Shown here in pieces: positions 8,168 through 16,510 of a stretch of 32,000 nt of DNA. The notes under the pieces were generated by a model. That model saw only the letters and a program-made list of their open reading frames with translations. It had not been told where the DNA came from and made no database searches. The stretch's first letter is position 1. The number at the start of each line of letters is the position of its first letter. Source of the stretch: Geotalea daltonii FRC-32 (lineage in GTDB: Bacteria; Desulfobacterota; Desulfuromonadia; Geobacterales; Geobacteraceae); the NCBI RefSeq assembly GCF_000022265.1, contig NC_011979.1, forward strand, positions 1,290,001 to 1,322,000. The letters are read 5' to 3'. A program made the position numbers and the translations under genes.

Positions 8168-8907
8168 TGGAGGGCAAGACGATGGCTGACGAAACACCCG
8201 TATCCTGTTCAAAATGCAGCGCTGTCTGGCAGAAGTGCGGTGTCACCAACTGCTGGAGCGGCGATCCTGAGACCGCTCCGCCAAAGCCTGGCAACTGCCC
8301 GTCAGAAGCATATGCAGATATCATTCACTCATCTTTCAGCGAATATAAGAGAGACAGCGAAGACGCCAGACTGGCCAGGGTGGCGGCCAGGGTGGAGGGG
8401 CTATGCTACCAGAAGGTAGAGGGAAGTGATGCGGTAAATGCCCGATGGACCAGGGTCGAGGATACCATCGCCTTCGCCCGGCTCATGGGCTGGAAAAAGA
8501 TCGGCATTGCTACCTGCATCGGACTTCTTGACGAAACGGAGCGGCTGGTGGCCATTCTCAAGGCCCAGGGGCTGGAGCCCCAGAGCGTCTGCTGCAAGGC
8601 GGGGAGTATCGATAAGAAGGAGCTGGGTCTTGCTGAATCGGACAAGGTACGTCCGGGTACATTCGAGCCTGCCTGCAACCCCATTGCCCAAGCGGAAATC
8701 TGCAATCGCCTTGGCTGCGAGATGAACATTATCGTTGGCCTTTGCATCGGCCACGACATGCTCTTCAGCAAATACTCAAAGGCACCGGTCACGACCCTGG
8801 TGGTGAAGGACCGGGTTACCGGCCACAACCCGGCTGCAGCTCTCTATGGTCAGAATTTTTACTACAAAAGGCTGCAGAAACAGCCGGTATTGCCGGACGA
8901 AAAATAG
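8164..8907 (+). CDS. DUF1847 family Cys-rich metal-binding protein
   Basis: ATGA start/stop overlap with the DUF2288 gene. N-terminal CSKCxxxxxxCxxxxC cluster. Conserved core GIATCIGL ... CCK ... CNP ... GLCIGHD ... TLVVKD typical of DUF1847. Confidence 0.75.
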   Translation: MMEGKTMADETPVSCSKCSAVWQKCGVTNCWSGDPETAPPKPGNCPSEAYADIIHSSFSEYKRDSEDARLARVAARVEGLCYQKVEGSDAVNARWTRVEDTIAFARLMGWKKIGIATCIGLLDETERLVAILKAQGLEPQSVCCKAGSIDKKELGLAESDKVRPGTFEPACNPIAQAEICNRLGCEMNIIVGLCIGHDMLFSKYSKAPVTTLVVKDRVTGHNPAAALYGQNFYYKRLQKQPVLPDEK

Positions 8908-8910
8908 ACG

Positions 8911-9456
8911 CTAGAAGATCAGAGGGTAACTGGCCTGCCGGGTATGGATAGCACCGCTGCCGGTGAGGGTGCTGGAATAGAGATGGAATTGAGTTACCTG
9001 AAAAGGTTCGCTGGCGAAAGCCTTCTCCTTTTCCTCAAGGGCTATCACCAGCCGTGCCGGCGTTTCCTTCAGTCTGGCGATCGTAATGTGGGGGGAGAAT
9101 TTACGGCCTTCCAAAGGGATACCAGCCTCCAGCAAGGCCAGCTCCACTTGCTGCTGCAGTGCCAACAGCTGCTCGCTCACTGTCATCCCCACCCAGAGCA
9201 CCCGGGGGTGTTTTCCGGGCGGGAAATGACCAATGCCGCAAAGGGCAAGTTGAAATGCCGGTGAGGTCAATTCCTTAAACGCTGTTTTTATGGCTCGCAT
9301 AGTCAGTTCATCAGCGTCGCCGATAAAGCGTAAGGTGAGATGCAGCTGTTCCTCCGCGACCCAGCGAGCCCCCGGCAGCTCACATCTGATGTCCGTCACC
9401 GATTTTTTCACCTTATCAGGCAAGTCAACAGCAACAAACAGTCGGTGCATGGTCAT
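8911..9456 (-). CDS. thpR: RNA 2',3'-cyclic phosphodiesterase (2H phosphoesterase, LigT/ThpR)
   Basis: Two HxTx motifs (HLTLRF and HITIAR) at the expected spacing. The ATG overlaps the stop of the upstream CapA-family gene (ATGA). Confidence 0.85.
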   Translation of the reverse strand: MTMHRLFVAVDLPDKVKKSVTDIRCELPGARWVAEEQLHLTLRFIGDADELTMRAIKTAFKELTSPAFQLALCGIGHFPPGKHPRVLWVGMTVSEQLLALQQQVELALLEAGIPLEGRKFSPHITIARLKETPARLVIALEEKEKAFASEPFQVTQFHLYSSTLTGSGAIHTRQASYPLIF

Positions 9457-10508
9457 TCCCTTCTTTCTGCAAGAGTTTGTCCGGTCTGCTGCAGATCGAT
9501 CAGGTAACGACCATTCTCATCTCGTATGGTGGTGCCCATCGGGCTGGAAATTGCCCGTATACGCTCGATGACATCCTTACCTCTTTTCCCCTTTAATATG
9601 GCCGGCTGAAACCTGACCTCATGGTTAAGGACGTTGATGGGAATCAGTTCGGCTTCCTTTATCCCCCTATCCAACGTAATCCGGGCGATGATGCTCCTGT
9701 CGGAGTTCCTGCTCAGGCTGCCGAAGGCAAAGTTGCCCAGGCTGTAAAAGATCAGGCCGTTCCTGTAGCTTTCGATCCCCTGCAGAACGTGGGGGTGGTG
9801 GCCGATGACCAGATCTGCTCCGGCCTCTACCGCCCTACGGGCTGTTGAAACCTGATATCTTTTCGGCGTGGCGGCCCCTTCCTTTCCCCAATGAAACGAA
9901 ACGATCACGTAATCAGCATTGGCTCTGATTCTGGAGATATCCTTTTCATAGTAGGAAGGATAGCCGGGTGCTGTCCCGGCGCGCATGCCGGTGGCGAAAA
10001 ATTCTGCAGGGTAAGTGAGGGAATAGGAAAGGAATGCAATTCTATTACCGTTGCAGTCGATAATTGCCTCCCGACGGGCCTCGGTCAGGGATTTACCGGC
10101 TCCGCTGTGTTTAATTCCCTGTTTATCCAGGTGATAGATGGTATCCAACAAGCCGTCGGTGCCGTAGTCGAGCATGTGATTGTTTGCCATGGTCAGCACC
10201 CTGAAGCCAGCCCTTTTTAATGCTGCAGCAGCTTGGGGAACGGCTTTGAACCGGTAACTTTTGTCTTTGAATTCCAAGCCGCCGCTGGTAATTGGCGTTT
10301 CCAGATTGCCCATGGCGAGATCCCCAGCTTTCAGAGCTGCAACAGTAGCGGCAAACGGATAGTCGTAGCCCATACGTTCCAGCGCCGCGCCTCCCTTGCC
10401 GGCGAGCATGATGTCGCCAACGGCGTTGATGACCACTTGGCCGGCGATGGCAAGGGTAGGCATGCTCAGGGTAAGGACCAGTAAAACCAACAGCAGTCGG
10501 GAATGCAT
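9453..10508 (-). CDS. CapA family (PGA_cap) metallophosphoesterase-like protein, exported
   Basis: Signal peptide MHSRLLLVLLVLTLSMPTLAIA. CapA hallmarks GDIMLA, GNLETPIT, ANNHMLDYG, SFHWG and GHHPHVLQG. Confidence 0.85.
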   Translation of the reverse strand: MHSRLLLVLLVLTLSMPTLAIAGQVVINAVGDIMLAGKGGAALERMGYDYPFAATVAALKAGDLAMGNLETPITSGGLEFKDKSYRFKAVPQAAAALKRAGFRVLTMANNHMLDYGTDGLLDTIYHLDKQGIKHSGAGKSLTEARREAIIDCNGNRIAFLSYSLTYPAEFFATGMRAGTAPGYPSYYEKDISRIRANADYVIVSFHWGKEGAATPKRYQVSTARRAVEAGADLVIGHHPHVLQGIESYRNGLIFYSLGNFAFGSLSRNSDRSIIARITLDRGIKEAELIPINVLNHEVRFQPAILKGKRGKDVIERIRAISSPMGTTIRDENGRYLIDLQQTGQTLAERRE

Positions 10509-10527
10509 GGCGGGCTTTTCTCGTTAA

Positions 10528-11883
<1,356 letters not shown>

Positions 11884-11889
11884 CTTTCC

Positions 11890-11975
11890 GGAGGAATGGC
11901 CGAGTGGTTGAAGGCGGCGGTCTTGAAAACCGTTGAACGAAAGTTCCGTGGGTTCGAATCCTACTTCCTCCGCCA
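11890..11975 (+). tRNA. tRNA-Ser (anticodon UGA)
   Basis: Cloverleaf folded by hand. Acceptor GGAGGAA/TTCCTCC, anticodon loop CTTGAAA, long variable arm (GAAC..GTTC), T-loop GGTTCGAATCC, discriminator G and an encoded CCA. It starts 6 nt after the serS stop. Confidence 0.9.
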
Positions 11976-11983
11976 TAAAGACT

Positions 11984-12038
11984 GTTCTAAGTTCTAAGTT
12001 CCGATAAACATAGAACCTAGAACATCGAACGTAGAACT
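11984..12038. repeat. inverted heptamer microsatellite in the tRNA spacer (3 x GTTCTAA-type facing 4 x TAGAACN-type)
   Basis: GTTCTAA 11984-11990, GTTCTAA 11991-11997 and GTTCCGA 11998-12004. A 6-nt spacer follows. Then TAGAACC 12011-12017, TAGAACA 12018-12024, TCGAACG 12025-12031 and TAGAACT 12032-12038. The two blocks are reverse complements and can form an imperfect hairpin. Confidence 0.75.
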
Positions 12039-12045
12039 GATTTGA

Positions 12046-12138
12046 GGAGAGATGGCCGAGTAGGTCGAAGGCGCTCGCCTGCTAAGCGAGTATACTGGGA
12101 AACCGGTATCGAGGGTTCGAATCCCTCTCTCTCCGCCA
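12046..12138 (+). tRNA. tRNA-Ser (anticodon GCU)
   Basis: Acceptor GGAGAGA/TCTCTCC, anticodon stem-loop CTCGC-CTGCTAA-GCGAG, long variable arm, T-loop GGTTCGAATCC, and an encoded CCA. Confidence 0.9.
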
Positions 12139-12177
12139 CTTATTGTCAATGGAGTTGCTTTTAGGTTTGGAGGTTGT

Positions 12178-12663
12178 GTGAAGACAGTGCTGAAATCTTT
12201 AATTTTGACCCTGGTGGCGATGGTTGCTTTGGGGGGCTGCTCCAAAAAAGAGGAAAAAAAGCCCAGCGAGACGGCAGCGCCGCAAGGTCAGGTGACTAAA
12301 AAGCAGACCACAGTTGTGGTGCCGGATAATGTCAAAGGCAAGTGGAAAGCGGTGAAGATTGCCGTAACCGATAAGACAACTAAAAAGGACACCATCTACA
12401 CGGTGAATATCGGTGCCGAGGTAACCCTGCCGGGAGGAAACCTGACCTTGAAGGTGGATAACTTCCTTCCCCAGTTCGTCATGGAGGGAACCACCCTTAC
12501 ATCCCAGTCAAACGAGCCGAAAAATCCTGCAGCGCAGGTTAGGGTGATTGAAAACGGCAAGGAAATTTTCAAGGGATGGCTGTTTACTCTTTATCCCACA
12601 ACCCATGCATTTCAACATCCCCGATACGGCTTTACCCTGCAGGACTTTGTCCCGGCAGGTTAG
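12178..12663 (+). CDS. DUF2155-like lipoprotein, hypothetical
   Basis: GGAGG at 12167-12171, then GTG 12178. Lipobox ALGGC. The C-terminal GWLFTLYPTTHAFQHPRYGFTLQDF resembles the conserved DUF2155 end. The gene lies between tRNA-Ser(GCU) and tRNA-Arg. Confidence 0.65.
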   Translation: MKTVLKSLILTLVAMVALGGCSKKEEKKPSETAAPQGQVTKKQTTVVVPDNVKGKWKAVKIAVTDKTTKKDTIYTVNIGAEVTLPGGNLTLKVDNFLPQFVMEGTTLTSQSNEPKNPAAQVRVIENGKEIFKGWLFTLYPTTHAFQHPRYGFTLQDFVPAG

Positions 12664-12668
12664 GACAT

Positions 12669-12745
12669 GCGCTCGTAGCTCAGCTGGATAGAGCACAAGA
12701 CTACGAATCTTGGGGTCGGGAGTTCGAATCTCTCCGAGCGCGCCA
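12669..12745 (+). tRNA. tRNA-Arg (anticodon ACG)
   Basis: Acceptor GCGCTCG/CGAGCGC, D-arm GCTCAGCTGGATAGAGC, anticodon loop CTACGAA, T-loop GTTCGAATC, and an encoded CCA. It starts 6 nt after the lipoprotein stop. Confidence 0.9.
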
Positions 12746-12751
12746 TAATAA

Positions 12752-12783
12752 AGGGTCGGCAAAAATGCCGGCCCTTTTCTTTT
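12752..12783 (+). terminator. rho-independent terminator closing the serS-tRNA-lipoprotein-tRNA unit
   Basis: 9-bp stem (12752-12760 pairs with 12767-12775, one G-U pair) and a 6-nt loop, followed by TTTTCTTTT. Confidence 0.8.
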
Positions 12784-12840
12784 AGCAACTTTAGCACCTT
12801 GCCGTGTTGCCCATTGATAAATCTCGGAAGGAGCCGGGGC

Positions 12841-13461
12841 ATGAACCTACTTTACACTCTCGATCTCCTGGGTACCGCTGCCTTTGCCGCATCAGGCGCG
12901 CTGGCCGGAGTGCGCCGCAATATGGATCTTTTCGGCGTGCTAGTGCTCGGTCTGGTTACTGCCACCGGTGGCGGCACTATCCGGGATCTGCTCCTGGGAG
13001 ACACGCCCCCCTTCATCTTCAAGGATGAAACCTACCTTTATTTATCCCTGTGTGTGTCTGTTGCAGTATTTCTCTTTCATCGAAACATTGATCGTTTTCA
13101 TCATCCGCTGCTCTACTGCGATGCGGTCGGGCTCGGGACCTTCGTCGTCATCGGTACCAGTAAAGCCATTGCCTTCCACATTGGATTTTTCGGTTCCATC
13201 ATGATGGGAGTCATGACAGCTACTGCAGGGGGCATGGTCCGCGACATGCTCTCCACCCACGTGCCATTGGTGCTGCAAAGGGAGGTTTATGCCTCGGCCT
13301 GTCTGGCCGGCGCCGCACTTCTCTACCTGCTGCACTTCACTCCACTGCCGGGGAACTATGCCTCGCTGATTGCAGCTCTGGCGGTCATAGTGCTGCGCCT
13401 TCTCGCCATCCGTTACAACTGGTCGCTGCCGCGGGCCTCCCACAATGAGCATGCCGATTGA
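12841..13461 (+). CDS. trimeric intracellular cation channel family protein (UPF0126/YadS, two repeats)
   Basis: Seven hydrophobic segments. Duplicated Gly-rich motifs TATGGGTIRDLLLG and TATAGGMVRDMLS. GGAAGGAG upstream supports ATG 12841. Confidence 0.85.
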   Translation: MNLLYTLDLLGTAAFAASGALAGVRRNMDLFGVLVLGLVTATGGGTIRDLLLGDTPPFIFKDETYLYLSLCVSVAVFLFHRNIDRFHHPLLYCDAVGLGTFVVIGTSKAIAFHIGFFGSIMMGVMTATAGGMVRDMLSTHVPLVLQREVYASACLAGAALLYLLHFTPLPGNYASLIAALAVIVLRLLAIRYNWSLPRASHNEHAD

Positions 13462-13494
13462 CTTACAGATCAAGCTTTTGCGGCTGTCTCTCGT

Positions 13495-14925
13495 TTATGA
13501 TTTTTCGATGCTGATGTAGAAGGTCTGCTTGCCTCTCTTGAGCAGCAGCAGAATCGGCTCACCCTTCTTGATCTTTTCAGCTTCTGCACGATATTCCGCC
13601 AGATTCTTCACCGGCTTGCGATTTATTTCCCTCACCACATCACCAGGCTTTATTCCGGCATCATCAGCAAAACTCCCCGGCTCCACATCCACTACCACTA
13701 CACCTGTCTTCTCCTCGCTTTTCAGCTGTTCTCTCAGTTTCGGTGTCATATCCTCCAGTTTCATGCCGAAACCGTGAAGCGGCGGTAGCGCCTTTGACGC
13801 AGTCCGTTCTTCGGTCAGTTCCTCCACCTTCATGGTGAAGGGGATCTCTTTGCCGTCGCGAATGGCCGTGCCCTTGATCTCCTTGCCGACAGCGGTCCCC
13901 GCAACAACGCGCGATAAATCGTTGGCAGTTTTAATTTCCTTGCCGTCAAAGGAGGTGATTATGTCGCCACTCTTCATCCCCCCCTTGTCTGCAGGACCGC
14001 CGGCAATGACGTCGGCAATGAGTGCACCCTTCGGCTCTTTGAGGCCGAAAGCTTTCGCAATGGGTGGGCTGACATTCTGGATGCTGACTCCCATCCAGCC
14101 GCGGACAACCTTCCCTTTTTCCTTCAACTGGTCGACAACCGATGACGCCAGTGTTGAAGGCACCGCGAAACCAAGCCCCTGGCCTCCTGAGACGATAATG
14201 GTGTTGATACCGATGACTTCCCCGGTCACGTTGACCAGCGGTCCGCCGCTGTTGCCGGGATTAATGGGGGCATCGGTCTGGAGAAAGTTGTCATAGGGTC
14301 CGGAACCGATGACCCTGGCCGTGCCGCTGATTATGCCATGGGTCACGGTCTCTTCCAGGCCGAAGGGGTTACCGACGGCGATGACCCAATCGCCGACCCT
14401 CATCCGGTCGGAATCTCCCAGGGAGAGCACCGGCAGGTTTTCAAAGGGGGAGGCGATCTTGATCAGGGCAAGATCGGTTTTAGCGTCCCTGCCGATGACC
14501 TTTGCCTTGAACTCACGGCCATCCGACAGCTTGACCTTTATTTCCTCGGCATTGTCCACCACGTGGTTGGTGGTGAGGATGAGTCCGTCCTTGTTGATGA
14601 TGGAGCCGGAGCCGAGACTCTGCTGCTTCATTTCCCGCTCACCGTTCTCACCGAAATTGCGCTTGAAAAACTCGCTGAGTGGACTGTCGTCATTGGGCCC
14701 CAGGAATTGCTCAAGGGGGTTGGCCGGCACCTTTACCGTCGAAGTGGTACTGATATTGACCACCGCTGGTTTCACCTTTTCCGCAATATCGGCAAAGGAC
14801 CGGAATGAGCTGTTCACTTCCGGCTTTTTCTTGCTCTCGCAGCCTCCCTGGGAGGTGCTGAGTACGAGGATGGTCAGAACCAAAAGGGTTACTCTGCGGA
14901 TAACGGCCATTCTGCATTTTAGCAT
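13495..14925 (-). CDS. periplasmic serine endoprotease DegP/DegQ (HtrA family, two PDZ domains)
   Basis: Catalytic His (TTNHVV), Asp (DLALIKI) and Ser (GNSGGPL), then two PDZ-like regions. GGAGG lies 6 nt upstream of the ATG at 14925. The signal sequence ends in QGGC. Confidence 0.92.
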   Translation of the reverse strand: MLKCRMAVIRRVTLLVLTILVLSTSQGGCESKKKPEVNSSFRSFADIAEKVKPAVVNISTTSTVKVPANPLEQFLGPNDDSPLSEFFKRNFGENGEREMKQQSLGSGSIINKDGLILTTNHVVDNAEEIKVKLSDGREFKAKVIGRDAKTDLALIKIASPFENLPVLSLGDSDRMRVGDWVIAVGNPFGLEETVTHGIISGTARVIGSGPYDNFLQTDAPINPGNSGGPLVNVTGEVIGINTIIVSGGQGLGFAVPSTLASSVVDQLKEKGKVVRGWMGVSIQNVSPPIAKAFGLKEPKGALIADVIAGGPADKGGMKSGDIITSFDGKEIKTANDLSRVVAGTAVGKEIKGTAIRDGKEIPFTMKVEELTEERTASKALPPLHGFGMKLEDMTPKLREQLKSEEKTGVVVVDVEPGSFADDAGIKPGDVVREINRKPVKNLAEYRAEAEKIKKGEPILLLLKRGKQTFYISIEKS

Positions 14926-14979
14926 GAGCTGCCTCCAAAAGAGTTTGACTGCTAACGCCCTGCCACTTCCCACACTTGG

Positions 14980-15855
14980 CTATCGGGATATATCTATGGG
15001 TACTCCCCTTTTTTGATAAATTGCCACCTTTAATTTCAGCAGGTCTACCTGTTCGAGAATGTCCTGTCCTTTGAGCAAAGCCAGTGCCTCCGCAAGGTAG
15101 TCGGTGCCGTCGGATCGGTGAATCTCAGCCAATATTCTACTACCCCTGATGCCGATTTTCACCGCCTGCCTGACGATGGTCACCTTCATTCCGACCGGCA
15201 CTGCTTCATACAGCTGCAGAATGTCTTCCGGGTAAAGTCTGAGACAGCCGTGACTCACCCTTCTTCCTTGTCCCCAGGGCCTGTTGGTGCCGTGAATCAG
15301 TACATCCTTGATGGACAGGCGCAAAGCGCGGCTCCCCAAGGGGTTGTCTGGTCCGGCCGCCACTGTTTTCCGCAGTTCCGGTCTTTCCTGCAGGATTGAT
15401 GGCGGGACATGCCAGACCGGATTGGCAAGCTTTTCAATTACGGAAAATGACCCAAGTGGTGTCTCTTTGCCAGCTTCTCCGATACTGACCGGAAAAGTCA
15501 AAATTCTCTTCCTATCTCCGGGAGCAAAAAAATAAAGCCTCATTTCCGCAAGATTAATGACGATACCCTCCTGAACCGGCAGCTGCGGTATGATCCAGGC
15601 CGAAGGCAGCTGGATATCCGTGCCGGAGGGAGGAACAAAAGGATCAAGCAAAGGATTGGCATCTGCTATTTCGTTGAAGCCAAGATCAAATTTGCGCGCG
15701 ATTTCAATAAGGGACTCACCCGGCATGACACGATAAAAATTGACCATGCCGATGCAGTCGCCGTTATGCAAAAAGACTTTTGCCGATGCAGGCCTGCAGA
15801 GCAGGGCCAAGATGACGGCTACCATCATAATCATCTTATTTTTAGCCAGATTCAT
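14980..15855 (-). CDS. L,D-transpeptidase with an N-terminal LysM domain (YkuD family)
   Basis: LysM region YRVMPGESLIEIARKFDLGFNEIADANP. YkuD catalytic signature IHGTNRPWGQGRRVSHGCLRL. Signal peptide MNLAKNKMIMMVAVILALLCRPASA from ATG 15855. Alternative starts at 15894 or 15909 are possible, and 15978 would overlap the upstream gene. Confidence 0.85.
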   Translation of the reverse strand: MNLAKNKMIMMVAVILALLCRPASAKVFLHNGDCIGMVNFYRVMPGESLIEIARKFDLGFNEIADANPLLDPFVPPSGTDIQLPSAWIIPQLPVQEGIVINLAEMRLYFFAPGDRKRILTFPVSIGEAGKETPLGSFSVIEKLANPVWHVPPSILQERPELRKTVAAGPDNPLGSRALRLSIKDVLIHGTNRPWGQGRRVSHGCLRLYPEDILQLYEAVPVGMKVTIVRQAVKIGIRGSRILAEIHRSDGTDYLAEALALLKGQDILEQVDLLKLKVAIYQKRGVPIDISR

Positions 15856-15940
15856 GCTTGCTGGTGCAGAAAAAAACAACGGGACATCCGGCATGTGATC
15901 TCCCGTCATTTCGACCTTGTTCCCGTTGGGACCGGTCCCG

Positions 15941-16333
15941 TTATTTGCGCTGTTGAAGCTCAAATGCTTTGACGGCACGATTGCCAGCTTCTTCGGCCTT
16001 TGCCGCCGAACTTTCCGCTCGGGCAGCGGCCGACTCGGAGGTTGCGGCTGCAGCTTCTGCCCGGGCAGCAGAGTTCTGCGAGCCTTTTTCAGTATTGATC
16101 AGCGACGTTTTGACTGTTTCAGCGCTATTCCTGGCGGATTCGCTGTTTTGTAAGGAAATGGTAACTTTCTGGTCCTGGTCGCTCAACTGCTTCTCAAGGG
16201 CCGACACCTTTTGCTCCAGCTGGATGACCCGGTGGGAGAGTGGTTGGATCTGATCGGTAACCGACTTGTTTGTTGCGCAGCCGGAGACAATAAGGAGCAG
16301 CAGGCTTGCCTTTATCAATCGGCCCATGGCCAT
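15941..16333 (-). CDS. Lpp-like (Braun-type) coiled-coil outer-membrane lipoprotein with a C-terminal Lys
   Basis: AAGGAGA lies 6 nt upstream of ATG 16333. Lipobox LIVSGC. A heptad-like region (IQPLSHRVIQLEQKVSALEKQL) and an Ala-rich region (AARAEAAAATSESAAARAESSAAKAEEA). The protein ends ...ELQQRK, compared with ...TKYRK in E. coli Lpp. Confidence 0.7.
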   Translation of the reverse strand: MAMGRLIKASLLLLIVSGCATNKSVTDQIQPLSHRVIQLEQKVSALEKQLSDQDQKVTISLQNSESARNSAETVKTSLINTEKGSQNSAARAEAAAATSESAAARAESSAAKAEEAGNRAVKAFELQQRK

Positions 16334-16370
16334 TGGGGGTCTCCTTGCGATATTAATTTAAACTAATTTA

Positions 16371-16398
16371 ATTTTACTCTTGCCTGCACCTAAGTCAA
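16371..16398 (-). promoter_or_regulatory. near-consensus sigma70 promoter for the lpp-like gene
   Basis: On the minus strand: TTGACT (16398-16393), a 16-nt spacer, then TAAAAT (16376-16371). The leader is about 30 nt. It is embedded in an AT-rich tract carrying TAATTTAA twice with a 10-bp period (16354-16361 and 16364-16371). Confidence 0.45.
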
Positions 16399-16453
16399 AT
16401 GAAGCTTCGGCGGCAGAACGGGGCAGCTTTGGGTTGTGCCGCTCCGAAAGCGG

Positions 16454-16481
16454 TTGTCAAATGGCGCTTGTGGGATAAAAT
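16454..16481 (+). promoter_or_regulatory. candidate sigma70 promoter for ald
   Basis: TTGTCA (16454-16459), a 16-nt spacer, then TAAAAT (16476-16481), about 30 nt upstream of ATG 16511. Confidence 0.4.
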
Positions 16482-16510
16482 GTGCGGATAATGTGGAATG
16501 GGGGGGCGAT

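Noticed and set aside
11984-12038. Possibility that the heptamer repeats are a CRISPR array or a mobile-element end
   Set aside because: The units are 7 nt with no spacers. No cas genes, transposase or target-site duplications are present. I kept it only as an unexplained microsatellite or hairpin.
12669-13500. Genomic island or integrative element at the tRNA-Arg 3' end
   Set aside because: No integrase is present. There is no direct repeat of the tRNA 3' end downstream. The next genes (TRIC channel, degP) look like core genes with normal composition.
13529-15016. Several plus-strand ORFs (82-235 codons) antisense to degP and the ldt 3' end
   Set aside because: All lie inside the strongly supported degP frame. 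The Ser/Pro/Leu-rich translations are characteristic of antisense artefacts.
16455-16480. Sigma54-type promoter (TGGCGC...) upstream of ald
   Set aside because: The GG element is present, but no TTGC/-12 GC element lies at the required spacing. A sigma70 reading (TTGTCA-16-TAAAAT) fits better.
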